This document shows, one piece after another, positions 1 through 7,275 of a stretch of DNA of 40,946 nucleotides. The DNA is taken from positions 1-40,946 of the IMG/VR virus record IMGVR_UViG_3300043485_000015, one strand, 5' to 3'. Made by a program: the position numbers and the translations under genes. The number at the start of each line of letters is the position of its first letter. Within the stretch, counting starts at the first letter, position 1. The notes under the pieces are model-generated. The model saw only the letters and a program-made list of their open reading frames with translations. It was not told the DNA's origin and did not search any database. Source of the stretch: a virus (Duplodnaviria; Caudoviricetes).

Positions 1-127
1 CCCGGCTCCCATGTCGGCAAGCTGGTTGCACCGTTCGGTGAAGTCGGGAAAGTCGGCGTTGCCGCGGGCAATCCATGCCTCGGTTTTCGCCTGGTTCTCC
101 CGTTGCTCCACGAGGGCCTGGGCGCGC
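1..127. repeat. Terminal direct repeat, copy 1 (assembly circularisation overlap)
   Basis: 1-127 is identical to 40820-40946. It falls inside a coding region, and 127 is a typical assembler k-mer length. Confidence 0.95.
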
Positions 128-444
128 TGGTCGATGATCCGGTCTAGTTCCGCTTGTGACGGCGGGGCGTTCGGATCAGGGGGGTTGGCGCGCTCTTGCT
201 GCTCGCGAAGCTGCTGCAACTGCCGTCGTGTTTCCCGCGCCTCAAACGCCATTTGCCGGATTGCGCGGTCCCTTGCATCGGGCTTTGCGGGGTCCGGTTT
301 GGCGTCGTCTTGCGGGGGGTCTTGTTCCGCGCCCGGTGCGGTTTCGGTCCTGGTCTCGGGCTGGGTATCCGGCCCCACGTTTGGAGCATGGGCCGGTTCG
401 GTCGGCGCCGCGCGTGCAGCGTCGTCTTGGGTGGTGTCGCTCAT
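1..444 (-). CDS. Scaffolding protein, N-terminal part (continues at 40819 down to 40511; about 250 aa in total)
   Basis: ATG at 444 (MSDTTQDDAARAAPTEP...). The frame stays open across the join into ...MGAGDNPTF. Acidic/Pro-rich N-terminus then coiled coil; directly upstream of the capsid gene. Confidence 0.85.
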   Translation of the reverse strand, partial: MSDTTQDDAARAAPTEPAHAPNVGPDTQPETRTETAPGAEQDPPQDDAKPDPAKPDARDRAIRQMAFEARETRRQLQQLREQQERANPPDPNAPPSQAELDRIIDQRAQALVEQRENQAKTEAWIARGNADFPDFTERCNQLADMGAG

Positions 445-537
445 TGTGGTATCGCCTGTGGCGTGGGGTAGCCCGGAAGCCGCCGGGTGCGGATGGGGTG
501 CGGCGAGCCGTGAGGCTCCAGCCGAAAGGGGTGTGTG

Positions 538-876
538 ATGGATAAAGACGATTACCGGAAGCTTTACGTTTTAGACGCGGACGGCTGCCCGGTGCCGGAG
601 CCGGATATCGCCCGTTGGGGCCAGTGGTTCGGAACACACAACCGTTCGATCGCCGAGAATATCATCGGTGTCGGCGACGTTCGTATATCGACGGTGTTTC
701 TCGCGATCGATCATAGTTTCGCCTATCTGACCGGCGGGGATGGTCCGCCCATCCTTTATGAGACGATGGTGTTTGGAGGTCCGCTAGATGGCGAAATGGA
801 CCGCTACATCACGCGGGAAGCGGCGCTGCCCGGTCATGCCGCCATGGTCGAGCGGGTCAAGGCCGCGTTGCATTAG
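538..876 (+). CDS. Conserved phage hypothetical protein, opposite strand to the late operon
   Basis: ISTVFLAIDH...PILYETMVFGG motif of a recurrent small phage protein family; AAGGGG RBS-like sequence upstream. Confidence 0.7.
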   Translation: MDKDDYRKLYVLDADGCPVPEPDIARWGQWFGTHNRSIAENIIGVGDVRISTVFLAIDHSFAYLTGGDGPPILYETMVFGGPLDGEMDRYITREAALPGHAAMVERVKAALH

Positions 877-878
877 GC

Positions 879-1052
879 TTACCAGTGATACCATCCGGCG
901 CTTGGTGCTAGGACGCCGCCGAACAGCAGGAACAACACGACGCCCACGAGAACCAGGAACACCGGGCTTCCGACTGACATGTTGCCCGAACGCCATCCCC
1001 ATCCGCCGCCGCCCAGCAGCAATAAAATCAGCAGGATCACTATCAGGGTCAT
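879..1052 (-). CDS. Small two-TM membrane protein, DUF3309-like (57 aa, below the ORF-track cutoff)
   Basis: Hand translation: MTLIVILLILLLLGGGGWGWRSGNMSVGSPVFLVLVGVVLFLLFGGVLAPSAGWYHW. Confidence 0.75.
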   Translation of the reverse strand: MTLIVILLILLLLGGGGWGWRSGNMSVGSPVFLVLVGVVLFLLFGGVLAPSAGWYHW

Positions 1053-1131
1053 GGGGTGCCTTTACTGTGACGGGTCGGAGCCGGATGCAGCCGCCGCAGC
1101 TCCACGCAACGCGATCGTCAACGCATATTTT

Positions 1132-1284
1132 TCATGGTTCTATACATATGGCACCTTTCGCCTCGATCGCGCCGATACGCTCGTCAAGCCGCTGCACCGC
1201 GTTAATGAGGTTTTCAACCGTGCGCGCCAGCCCTTCCTGCACGCTGATAATCGACTGGAGAGCCGCGAGATGGTCCGGCGTCAT
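1132..1284 (-). CDS. Small coiled-coil hypothetical protein
   Basis: MTPDHLAALQSIISVQEGLARTVENL...; the start lies 1 nt after the previous stop. Confidence 0.55.
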   Translation of the reverse strand: MTPDHLAALQSIISVQEGLARTVENLINAVQRLDERIGAIEAKGAICIEP

Positions 1285-1285
1285 A

Positions 1286-1600
1286 TCAACCAATCCATTC
1301 CTGAATTTTCGCAGCCAATAGCCGCTGCTTGACGAACTCCGGCATGGCGATGGAGGGGATGGTCGATCCAGCCCCGGCCACGAGTGATGCATTGCTGCCA
1401 CCGTCCGCGTCCCAGAGCACGACCGCATAGCCAACGATTGGCATTCCATCCGACTGAATTGCGTCCACCAGACCGCGCATATCAGCCAAGAACGTTATCC
1501 GCGCCTGCTCCGTGCGGCCTTGCAACCGATGGAGCACGAAACCGGACGCCTTGTCGCGCACCGAACGGATACGGCACCCAGGATTGATGGCTTGCGTCAT
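1286..1600 (-). CDS. Hypothetical protein
   Basis: 104 aa; ATGA overlap with the upstream gene. Confidence 0.65.
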   Translation of the reverse strand: MTQAINPGCRIRSVRDKASGFVLHRLQGRTEQARITFLADMRGLVDAIQSDGMPIVGYAVVLWDADGGSNASLVAGAGSTIPSIAMPEFVKQRLLAAKIQEWIG

Positions 1601-1806
1601 GGCTTTTCCCAGCCGCCGATTGCCTCACCGATCGCGTGCAACGTCGTGGTTCCAATTCCGCGCTGTGCCTCGAAATACGTCCGGCCCAAGCGGCGCACAT
1701 CATCAGGCGTCCGCGCACCGGATCGGATCAGTGCATAACGAACGCGCGGGCTGGTCACGTCGAGCCAATCGACATCGGACAGCGGACGGCGGCGGTCACG
1801 GGGCAT
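1597..1806 (-). CDS. RNA polymerase alpha-CTD-like (helix-hairpin-helix) small protein
   Basis: SPRVRYALIRSGARTPDDVRRL...QRGIGTTTLHAIGEAI fits the alphaCTD pattern SxRxxNxLxxxGIxTxxDL...GxGxKSLxEI. Confidence 0.6.
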   Translation of the reverse strand: MPRDRRRPLSDVDWLDVTSPRVRYALIRSGARTPDDVRRLGRTYFEAQRGIGTTTLHAIGEAIGGWEKP

Positions 1807-2101
1807 CGCCCGTTTTCACCGTGTAATTCGTCGGCAGGCGAATGCGCAGGCTGGTGCCGATCTTGGCGGCGTCCGAGGCGAAGAAATCCAGCTTCTGATG
1901 CAACAGCGCCAACGCCGCCCCGGTTACAGCATCCGGCGTTAGCGGTCCGCGCCCGGTCAGTTCTTGCCGCTTGGCACTCAGTTTCCACCAGCGTTTGTCA
2001 AGCCGGGTTTCGTCGCGCTCCAGCTTCTTGCGCCGCTTGTTGATCGCCTTTTGCGCCGCGTCGAGCTGCCGTTCCCAGGCCGCGAACCGTGCGGGCGTCA
2101 T
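1796..2101 (-). CDS. Basic coiled-coil hypothetical protein
   Basis: 101 aa; ATGA-coupled to the upstream gene. Confidence 0.6.
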   Translation of the reverse strand: MTPARFAAWERQLDAAQKAINKRRKKLERDETRLDKRWWKLSAKRQELTGRGPLTPDAVTGAALALLHQKLDFFASDAAKIGTSLRIRLPTNYTVKTGDAP

Positions 2102-2430
2102 GTTGCCAACGCGGGCGGGATCGCCACGGCCACCACCGGCGCGGCGGCGGGATCAGCCGGCGGCACAACGGGTATAGCGGCAATCAGCGCGCACTCGGCC
2201 GCCACGATCTCGGCCGCAACGCCGGTGACAATGACCGGAGCGCCCGCGGCGTTCGCCAGCGCCACGACCAGCGGCCCGGCTTTCGTTGCCATGCCGCAGA
2301 AAAGTTGGCCCTCCGCGACGGCGCGGGTGCGCTGCGCCTGGGTGCAGGCGGACAGCAGTATCCCCAGCGCGGCCCACACGGCAACCAGCCCGGCGATGCT
2401 CGTCAGGCGGCGGGCGCGTTTGAGGGTCAT
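2098..2430 (-). CDS. Lipoprotein (possible unimolecular spanin)
   Basis: Basic n-region, hydrophobic h-region, lipobox LSAC, hydrophobic C-terminal half; ATGA overlaps at both ends. Confidence 0.7.
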   Translation of the reverse strand: MTLKRARRLTSIAGLVAVWAALGILLSACTQAQRTRAVAEGQLFCGMATKAGPLVVALANAAGAPVIVTGVAAEIVAAECALIAAIPVVPPADPAAAPVVAVAIPPALAT

Positions 2431-2630
2431 TGCGTGGCTCCGTGGGCCTTGCGCGGGCATGTGGCGGATGCGCATGTCAGGTTGGCGCCCGGCGGACAGA
2501 TACAGCCGGGTTGTGTCGCCCAGGGGTTAAATTGTTGAGGCGATGGAACGGACGCCAGACATTGATGCAACCCGCCTATAGGGGTCCATGCCTGACAACG
2601 CGGGCAGATATTCCCGACATGGTAACTCAT
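2427..2630 (-). CDS. Small Cys-rich (zinc-binding?) protein
   Basis: CPRC, CICP...C...CP; ATGA overlap with the portal stop codon. Confidence 0.6.
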   Translation of the reverse strand: MSYHVGNICPRCQAWTPIGGLHQCLASVPSPQQFNPWATQPGCICPPGANLTCASATCPRKAHGATQ

Positions 2631-4801
2631 GCCGCCGCTCCGTTGACCGCGCCCTGTGCCTCGGGATCGGCCGGGGCGATGGATTGCGCGTGCTCCGCGT
2701 CGGCGGCGTCGTGGGCATGGATAATCGGCAGCGCGGGCATACCGAGAATCTGGCTGGCCATGGAACGGTAGATGATCTTGGCCAGTGTCGGGTCGGCGTT
2801 GGCGACTGCCACCAGGCGGCGGGTTTCCGCGTCGTACGTGGCATTGTCCACGGTGCCGGATTTCTCCTTCATGCGCTCTTCGAGGGCGGCGATCTGCGCC
2901 TTCAGGTGCGACGTTTCCGCGTCCGCCTGCTGGGCAATCGTCTGGCCGTGCTGCGTGACCTGCTGCAACTGCTGCTGAAGCTGGATCGTCGCCGGGTCGG
3001 GACCAGGGCGATATTGCGCGGGAAGGCCACGTTTGAGACGTTCGGCTAATTCGTCCGCGCCGGGAAAGTCGGAGTTTTGCGCCCAGAAGTCGCCAACAAT
3101 GGCAAAAGCCTCCTTATTCTGCGCCATAATTTGTGTAAACGCATTTTGGGCCTCTTCCCTTTGCGTGCCGTAACTCGGTCCTACATCGGCCTCAACATCA
3201 TAGCGGCCAACAACGGGTGAAAAAATCACACGCGGGTCAGGCGAATCCGGGTCGTCTTGCGCCTGCTTGGCCTGTTCCGGCGTCACCGGCTGGGGCGGCT
3301 GTCCGGGTGCCTGGGGCGGCATGACGTGCTGATGGGCCTGGGGTGCGTCCGGATCGAGATGCACATCGCTTTGCGTACCATCCTCGCCCATGACCTTGAT
3401 AACCCGTGCCACGTCATAGATTTTGGGGATCAGGTCGAGGCAAATACGGCCGATTTGTCTTATGCCTTTACTTTGATTATCTATATAGTGGTAAGTCGCG
3501 GTGTCGCCTTCTCTTTGGCGTTGCTGTATAGCCGTTCCGCTGCGTTCATTGCCCGGCGCACCCATTTCCGCGGCATACTGTCCCGACACTTCCATCATGT
3601 CCTGCCGCGCGATGGCAATGCCCTCCAAATAGGCCTGCGCCATCTGCGGCGGCGGCTCACGCTGGGGACGTTCCAGCTTTTGGCCTTGCTCATCCCAGCC
3701 GTTATAGGTCAGGACTGACAGATTCGCCGTATTGGCGTTGTGCCAATGGTCCCGGTTCTCGATTGCCTCGGCCATCGCCACATAGGGGGCCTTGGTCTGC
3801 AACGCGACCTGCGCCGTGGCCTCGGAAATCCAGTAATTGAGCATCTGTTGCGGGTGAATGAGCGCGCGCGTATGCCCCTTGCGGTCCATCTGGCCGTCGA
3901 TGGTGATTTCCTCGCCAATGAACGGCACAATCGGAATATACCGGCCGGGCCAAATTTTGCGGTCGATGATCTCGTTACCGGCGAACTGAAACCACTCGAT
4001 CTCCGGCTTGGAAACCTTGCGGGTGCGCTTGATTTGCAGCTTGGCGCGCATTCCCGGCGGCAACGCCTTGTCGGGGATTACCGTGCCGTCCATCAGCTCC
4101 AGCAGTTCCTCGTCTTTCACGCCGCGCCGCCAGTATTCGGCCTCCATGACGTGTTCTTTGCTGTCCCAGTCGTCCATCGCGTAATCGAGCGTCTGGCCGA
4201 CGTCGGTGTCGGCATCAGGGTATTTGGCCTCGAATTCCTTGCGCGGCGTTTTCGTGAAGAAGAACGCGAATTTCATGTCGCCCTTGTCGTACTCCTGGGC
4301 GTCCGGGTCCAAATACACATCGCGCGGGTCTTTCACCCGGCGGATGTAGATTTCCTGATCGAAGCTGTCCTCGTCGGCGTAATCGGTGCAGACACGGACG
4401 TAACCGATGCCGCTTTCCACCTGATGATAGATCGCGGTCGAGTAAGCATCCATCGCCTTGGATTGGTATTCAATCCGCCGGATGATGGCGGAAAACACCT
4501 GTGCCGCCTCGAACGTGGCGCCGTTGCCGGTCGGCGTCACCTTGATCGCCGCCTTATGCTGGCGGGCGTCGTTGACGATATGCAAATTGTGCTGGCGGGT
4601 TTTGTTGCTGGTCAGACATGGCTTGTCGCCGCGCGCCTGCATCGTCGCCGGGGGCCACTGAGCCGAATTCAGCGCGTCTCCATTAGCGAATCTTGCGTCG
4701 TGGAGTGCGTTTTCCCGCGCCTTGCTCTCGTGCGACTGGCACCTGGAATACCGCGCTTTGGCTTCCGCCAGAATTTCGAGGTCGGATTGATCGCGGGCCA
4801 T
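2627..4801 (-). CDS. Portal protein (P22 gp1-like)
   Basis: 724 aa. Motifs KPCLTSNKTRQH, GIGYVRV, YIPIVPFIG, SGTAIQQRQREGD, GRYDVEADVGPSYGTQREEA; Gln-rich C-terminal barrel. Confidence 0.93.
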   Translation of the reverse strand: MARDQSDLEILAEAKARYSRCQSHESKARENALHDARFANGDALNSAQWPPATMQARGDKPCLTSNKTRQHNLHIVNDARQHKAAIKVTPTGNGATFEAAQVFSAIIRRIEYQSKAMDAYSTAIYHQVESGIGYVRVCTDYADEDSFDQEIYIRRVKDPRDVYLDPDAQEYDKGDMKFAFFFTKTPRKEFEAKYPDADTDVGQTLDYAMDDWDSKEHVMEAEYWRRGVKDEELLELMDGTVIPDKALPPGMRAKLQIKRTRKVSKPEIEWFQFAGNEIIDRKIWPGRYIPIVPFIGEEITIDGQMDRKGHTRALIHPQQMLNYWISEATAQVALQTKAPYVAMAEAIENRDHWHNANTANLSVLTYNGWDEQGQKLERPQREPPPQMAQAYLEGIAIARQDMMEVSGQYAAEMGAPGNERSGTAIQQRQREGDTATYHYIDNQSKGIRQIGRICLDLIPKIYDVARVIKVMGEDGTQSDVHLDPDAPQAHQHVMPPQAPGQPPQPVTPEQAKQAQDDPDSPDPRVIFSPVVGRYDVEADVGPSYGTQREEAQNAFTQIMAQNKEAFAIVGDFWAQNSDFPGADELAERLKRGLPAQYRPGPDPATIQLQQQLQQVTQHGQTIAQQADAETSHLKAQIAALEERMKEKSGTVDNATYDAETRRLVAVANADPTLAKIIYRSMASQILGMPALPIIHAHDAADAEHAQSIAPADPEAQGAVNGAAA

Positions 4802-4962
4802 CAGTGGGTCCGATCCAGAATAAAGCCGTCATCGAACGAGCGCGCATTGCGGGCCACGGACAGGCACCGCTCGGCGGTGGCGCGGTCCGGCATGTCGATC
4901 ACGGTGATTGCGTCCGATTTGGCCGATCCCAGCAGCAGCACCAGGACGAACGGGGCGCTCAT
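4801..4962 (-). CDS. Small protein with hydrophobic N-terminus (53 aa, below the ORF-track cutoff)
   Basis: MSAPFVLVLLLGSAKSDAITVIDMPDRATAERCL...; ATGA overlap upstream and TGATG overlap with the portal start. Confidence 0.6.
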   Translation of the reverse strand: MSAPFVLVLLLGSAKSDAITVIDMPDRATAERCLSVARNARSFDDGFILDRTH

Positions 4963-6008
4963 GTGGTTGCCGCCTGGAGTTCGGCCGTGGACAGGGCGCG
5001 CGGCCAGTAGCGCAGGCGCTGCGTCCAGCCGTTCGCGAATTGACCGGCCGCTGGGCCTGAACCGATCGTCAGTGTGTTGATGCCGACTGGCGGGGTTGCC
5101 GTTCCCACGCCAAGCGAGGTGCCATTGGCAGCCGCCGCGTTGGCCACGCCGCCGAAAGCATAGGCGATCTTGGCGACTGCCGGCGGCGTGTTCGAGCCGC
5201 CAGAAAGGAATGTGGATGTGACGGTAGCGGCCACGCTATCTCCGAACATCGCCCCTCCGGTAAGCCTCCCGAGACGCACGCGATTGCTGGTTCCGCCATC
5301 ACTGAGCGATGCAGCTACGGCGGTGGCGGCGGTGTTGCCGAAGACGGCATCGGCGGCCAGCGTTCCTGTCGCGGGGTTGAACCAACTCCCGGTTGCCAGC
5401 GTCACCACATCCGCCGCGCGCGTGACCGCTGTCCCGGCGGTGCTGATCCAGGACGTTGCCAGCGCCCCGGCTTCCAGGCTGGCGTTCAGAACCGAGCCGG
5501 TTACGGTCAGGGTCAGCGTGCCAGCCGTGGGGGTGAATGTCTGCGTCACGCGGGCGGGGAACGCGCCGGAACCAACCAGCGGCCCGGCGGTGGACGTGCC
5601 GGTCAGCGTGACGGTACCAGTGCCGTAGAATGACAGCGTGTAGGCTGTGGCGGCGGTGGTGACGCTTTGGGTTGCCAGCACGCCGCTGTTCAGCAGCAGG
5701 TTGGTGCGCGATTCCTCCACCAGCAAGCCACGGGCCGCATGGGTGACGGAATCGAAGTCGATCCGCTGGGTGTTGGCGGCGGACACAACCAGGGCGCCGG
5801 ACACGTCGAACGTGGTTGCCCCGCCTGCCGCGCGCACGGTCGTCAGCCTGGCGTCGGCGCCATTGTTGGCAAAGTCCAGGGTGAGGGATGGGCCGGCGGC
5901 TGTCGTGTTGAAGCAGCGGTCGAACACGTCGAAACAGGTGCGTTGCGCACGCGCGGCCGTCGTCACCAGCCCCATTGCCGATCCCAGCATCAGCCCACGT
6001 CGCAGCAT
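4959..6008 (-). CDS. Head-spike/fibre-like protein with C-terminal LamG-like lectin domain and twin-arginine signal
   Basis: MLRRGLMLGSAMGLVTTAARA signal; PSLTLDF...GLLVEESRTNLL...VTRAAD fibre motifs; RLRYWPRALSTAELQ LamG-type ending. Confidence 0.75.
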   Translation of the reverse strand: MLRRGLMLGSAMGLVTTAARAQRTCFDVFDRCFNTTAAGPSLTLDFANNGADARLTTVRAAGGATTFDVSGALVVSAANTQRIDFDSVTHAARGLLVEESRTNLLLNSGVLATQSVTTAATAYTLSFYGTGTVTLTGTSTAGPLVGSGAFPARVTQTFTPTAGTLTLTVTGSVLNASLEAGALATSWISTAGTAVTRAADVVTLATGSWFNPATGTLAADAVFGNTAATAVAASLSDGGTSNRVRLGRLTGGAMFGDSVAATVTSTFLSGGSNTPPAVAKIAYAFGGVANAAAANGTSLGVGTATPPVGINTLTIGSGPAAGQFANGWTQRLRYWPRALSTAELQAATT

Positions 6009-6388
6009 CACCAGCTAACGATCGCGGTTGCCGTGGTGCCGGAAATCACGGTGGGCGATGTCAGGCTCCCGGTGGACGTGCCCAGCATCCACGTCTTGCT
6101 CTCGCCCACCGCCAGGGGAATGCCGACAGCGGCCGTGCAGGTGCCACCCAGCGGACAGACGTAGAGCGTGGAGGCTGACGCCGCGCTGTTGCGGATTTCC
6201 AGGTATTTGTTTGGCAACGCGCTGGTCGGAAACGCGGGACTGGACGGCCCCAGGGTAGCGCCGGACAGGGCCAGGGACGCCGCCAGCACGGGCAGGGTGG
6301 CGTATCCGGTCAGCGGCGCGGGGGTGATCTCGGCGGCACGCGCGGCGGGCGCCAGCAGCAGCAGGGCCGCCAGTGTGTAACGGATCAT
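6008..6388 (-). CDS. Secreted small beta-rich protein (possible spike base/decoration)
   Basis: Sec signal MIRYTLAALLLLAPAARA; LEIRN...LYVCPLGGTC...GIPLAVGES; TAGGA RBS. Confidence 0.7.
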   Translation of the reverse strand: MIRYTLAALLLLAPAARAAEITPAPLTGYATLPVLAASLALSGATLGPSSPAFPTSALPNKYLEIRNSAASASTLYVCPLGGTCTAAVGIPLAVGESKTWMLGTSTGSLTSPTVISGTTATAIVSW

Positions 6389-6396
6389 GTGCGGTC

Positions 6397-7275
6397 CTAA
6401 CAATGGGTGACGATGCCGTTAGTGACGACCATGGTTGCCGCCACCACCACGCCGGCCGCGCACGACACCGAGTTGACGCCCGCGCTCTGTATTTTTCCGT
6501 CGTTGGCAACCGCGAAAACAACGGTCGTCGCCGCGTTCTTCAGCATGATCGAAAATGTTCCGGTGCTGTTGTCCGCGCCTTGGACAAACAGCTTCGCCGC
6601 CGGTGCGGTCAGCGTGCCGACCCCGATGCTTCCAAGTGTGGAGATGGGCGAGCTGACATCGCCGTTACGGATGCAATAGCTTCCGGTCGGGGCACTTCCG
6701 CCGCCGGTGAACGCCTCGCAATCCAGGCCGGCATAGGTCGCCACCGCCCCGGCGGTTGGATTGGCGTTAGAAAGCTGCGCCTTGTAGCCGTAAACCGTTG
6801 TTGCGGTGCCTGTCGAAAGCATGGTCGGAAGTGCCAGGTAGCTATTGTGCTGACCGACCGTTCCGCCATTGACAAGCGATGCCTCGAATACCTCGCTTGT
6901 GGTCGAATTGGCGCCGTTCGCCACGGTGAAAACCGGGTGGATCAGGTTGATTTCGCCGGTCGCGGTGCCGGGGCCGTTAAGCTGGAGCGTCCAATACCAG
7001 TTTTCCCAGGCATTTGTTGTGGTGCTGGCTGGCGTAAGGGTGGTTAGAAACTGGTTCGGGCGAAACCCGGCCGTCCCGGTGCTATGGTCAACGGCGATGG
7101 TCTTGACCACCGTCCCAGCCGCCACCGCCGCGAAATTGGCGTCGACCTTGGACTGATCGATCAGACCGACGCCGCCGCCGAATGTGGTGGGCACGGTCGT
7201 CTGCATGGTTGTTTGCGCCAGCGCGAGGGATGGCAGCAGTAGTCCCGCAATCAGAATGGGGCGGATCATGGTCAT
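6397..7275 (-). CDS. Secreted fibre-like protein
   Basis: Sec signal MTMIRPILIAGLLLPSLALA; Gly/Thr/Ala-rich; GSIGVGTLTAPAAKLFVQG fibre repeat; ends VTNGIVTHC; ATGA overlap. Confidence 0.75.
   Translation of the reverse strand: MTMIRPILIAGLLLPSLALAQTTMQTTVPTTFGGGVGLIDQSKVDANFAAVAAGTVVKTIAVDHSTGTAGFRPNQFLTTLTPASTTTNAWENWYWTLQLNGPGTATGEINLIHPVFTVANGANSTTSEVFEASLVNGGTVGQHNSYLALPTMLSTGTATTVYGYKAQLSNANPTAGAVATYAGLDCEAFTGGGSAPTGSYCIRNGDVSSPISTLGSIGVGTLTAPAAKLFVQGADNSTGTFSIMLKNAATTVVFAVANDGKIQSAGVNSVSCAAGVVVAATMVVTNGIVTHC

Noticed and set aside
1-127. Biological terminal repeat or att site
   Set aside because: The repeat is exactly 127 bp and lies mid-gene, which is typical of an assembler overlap. 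It says nothing about the physical genome ends.
3740-5080. Long plus-strand ORFs (446 aa here, 435 aa at 28052-29359, and others)
   Set aside because: These are antisense shadows of real genes in GC-rich DNA, with no motifs.
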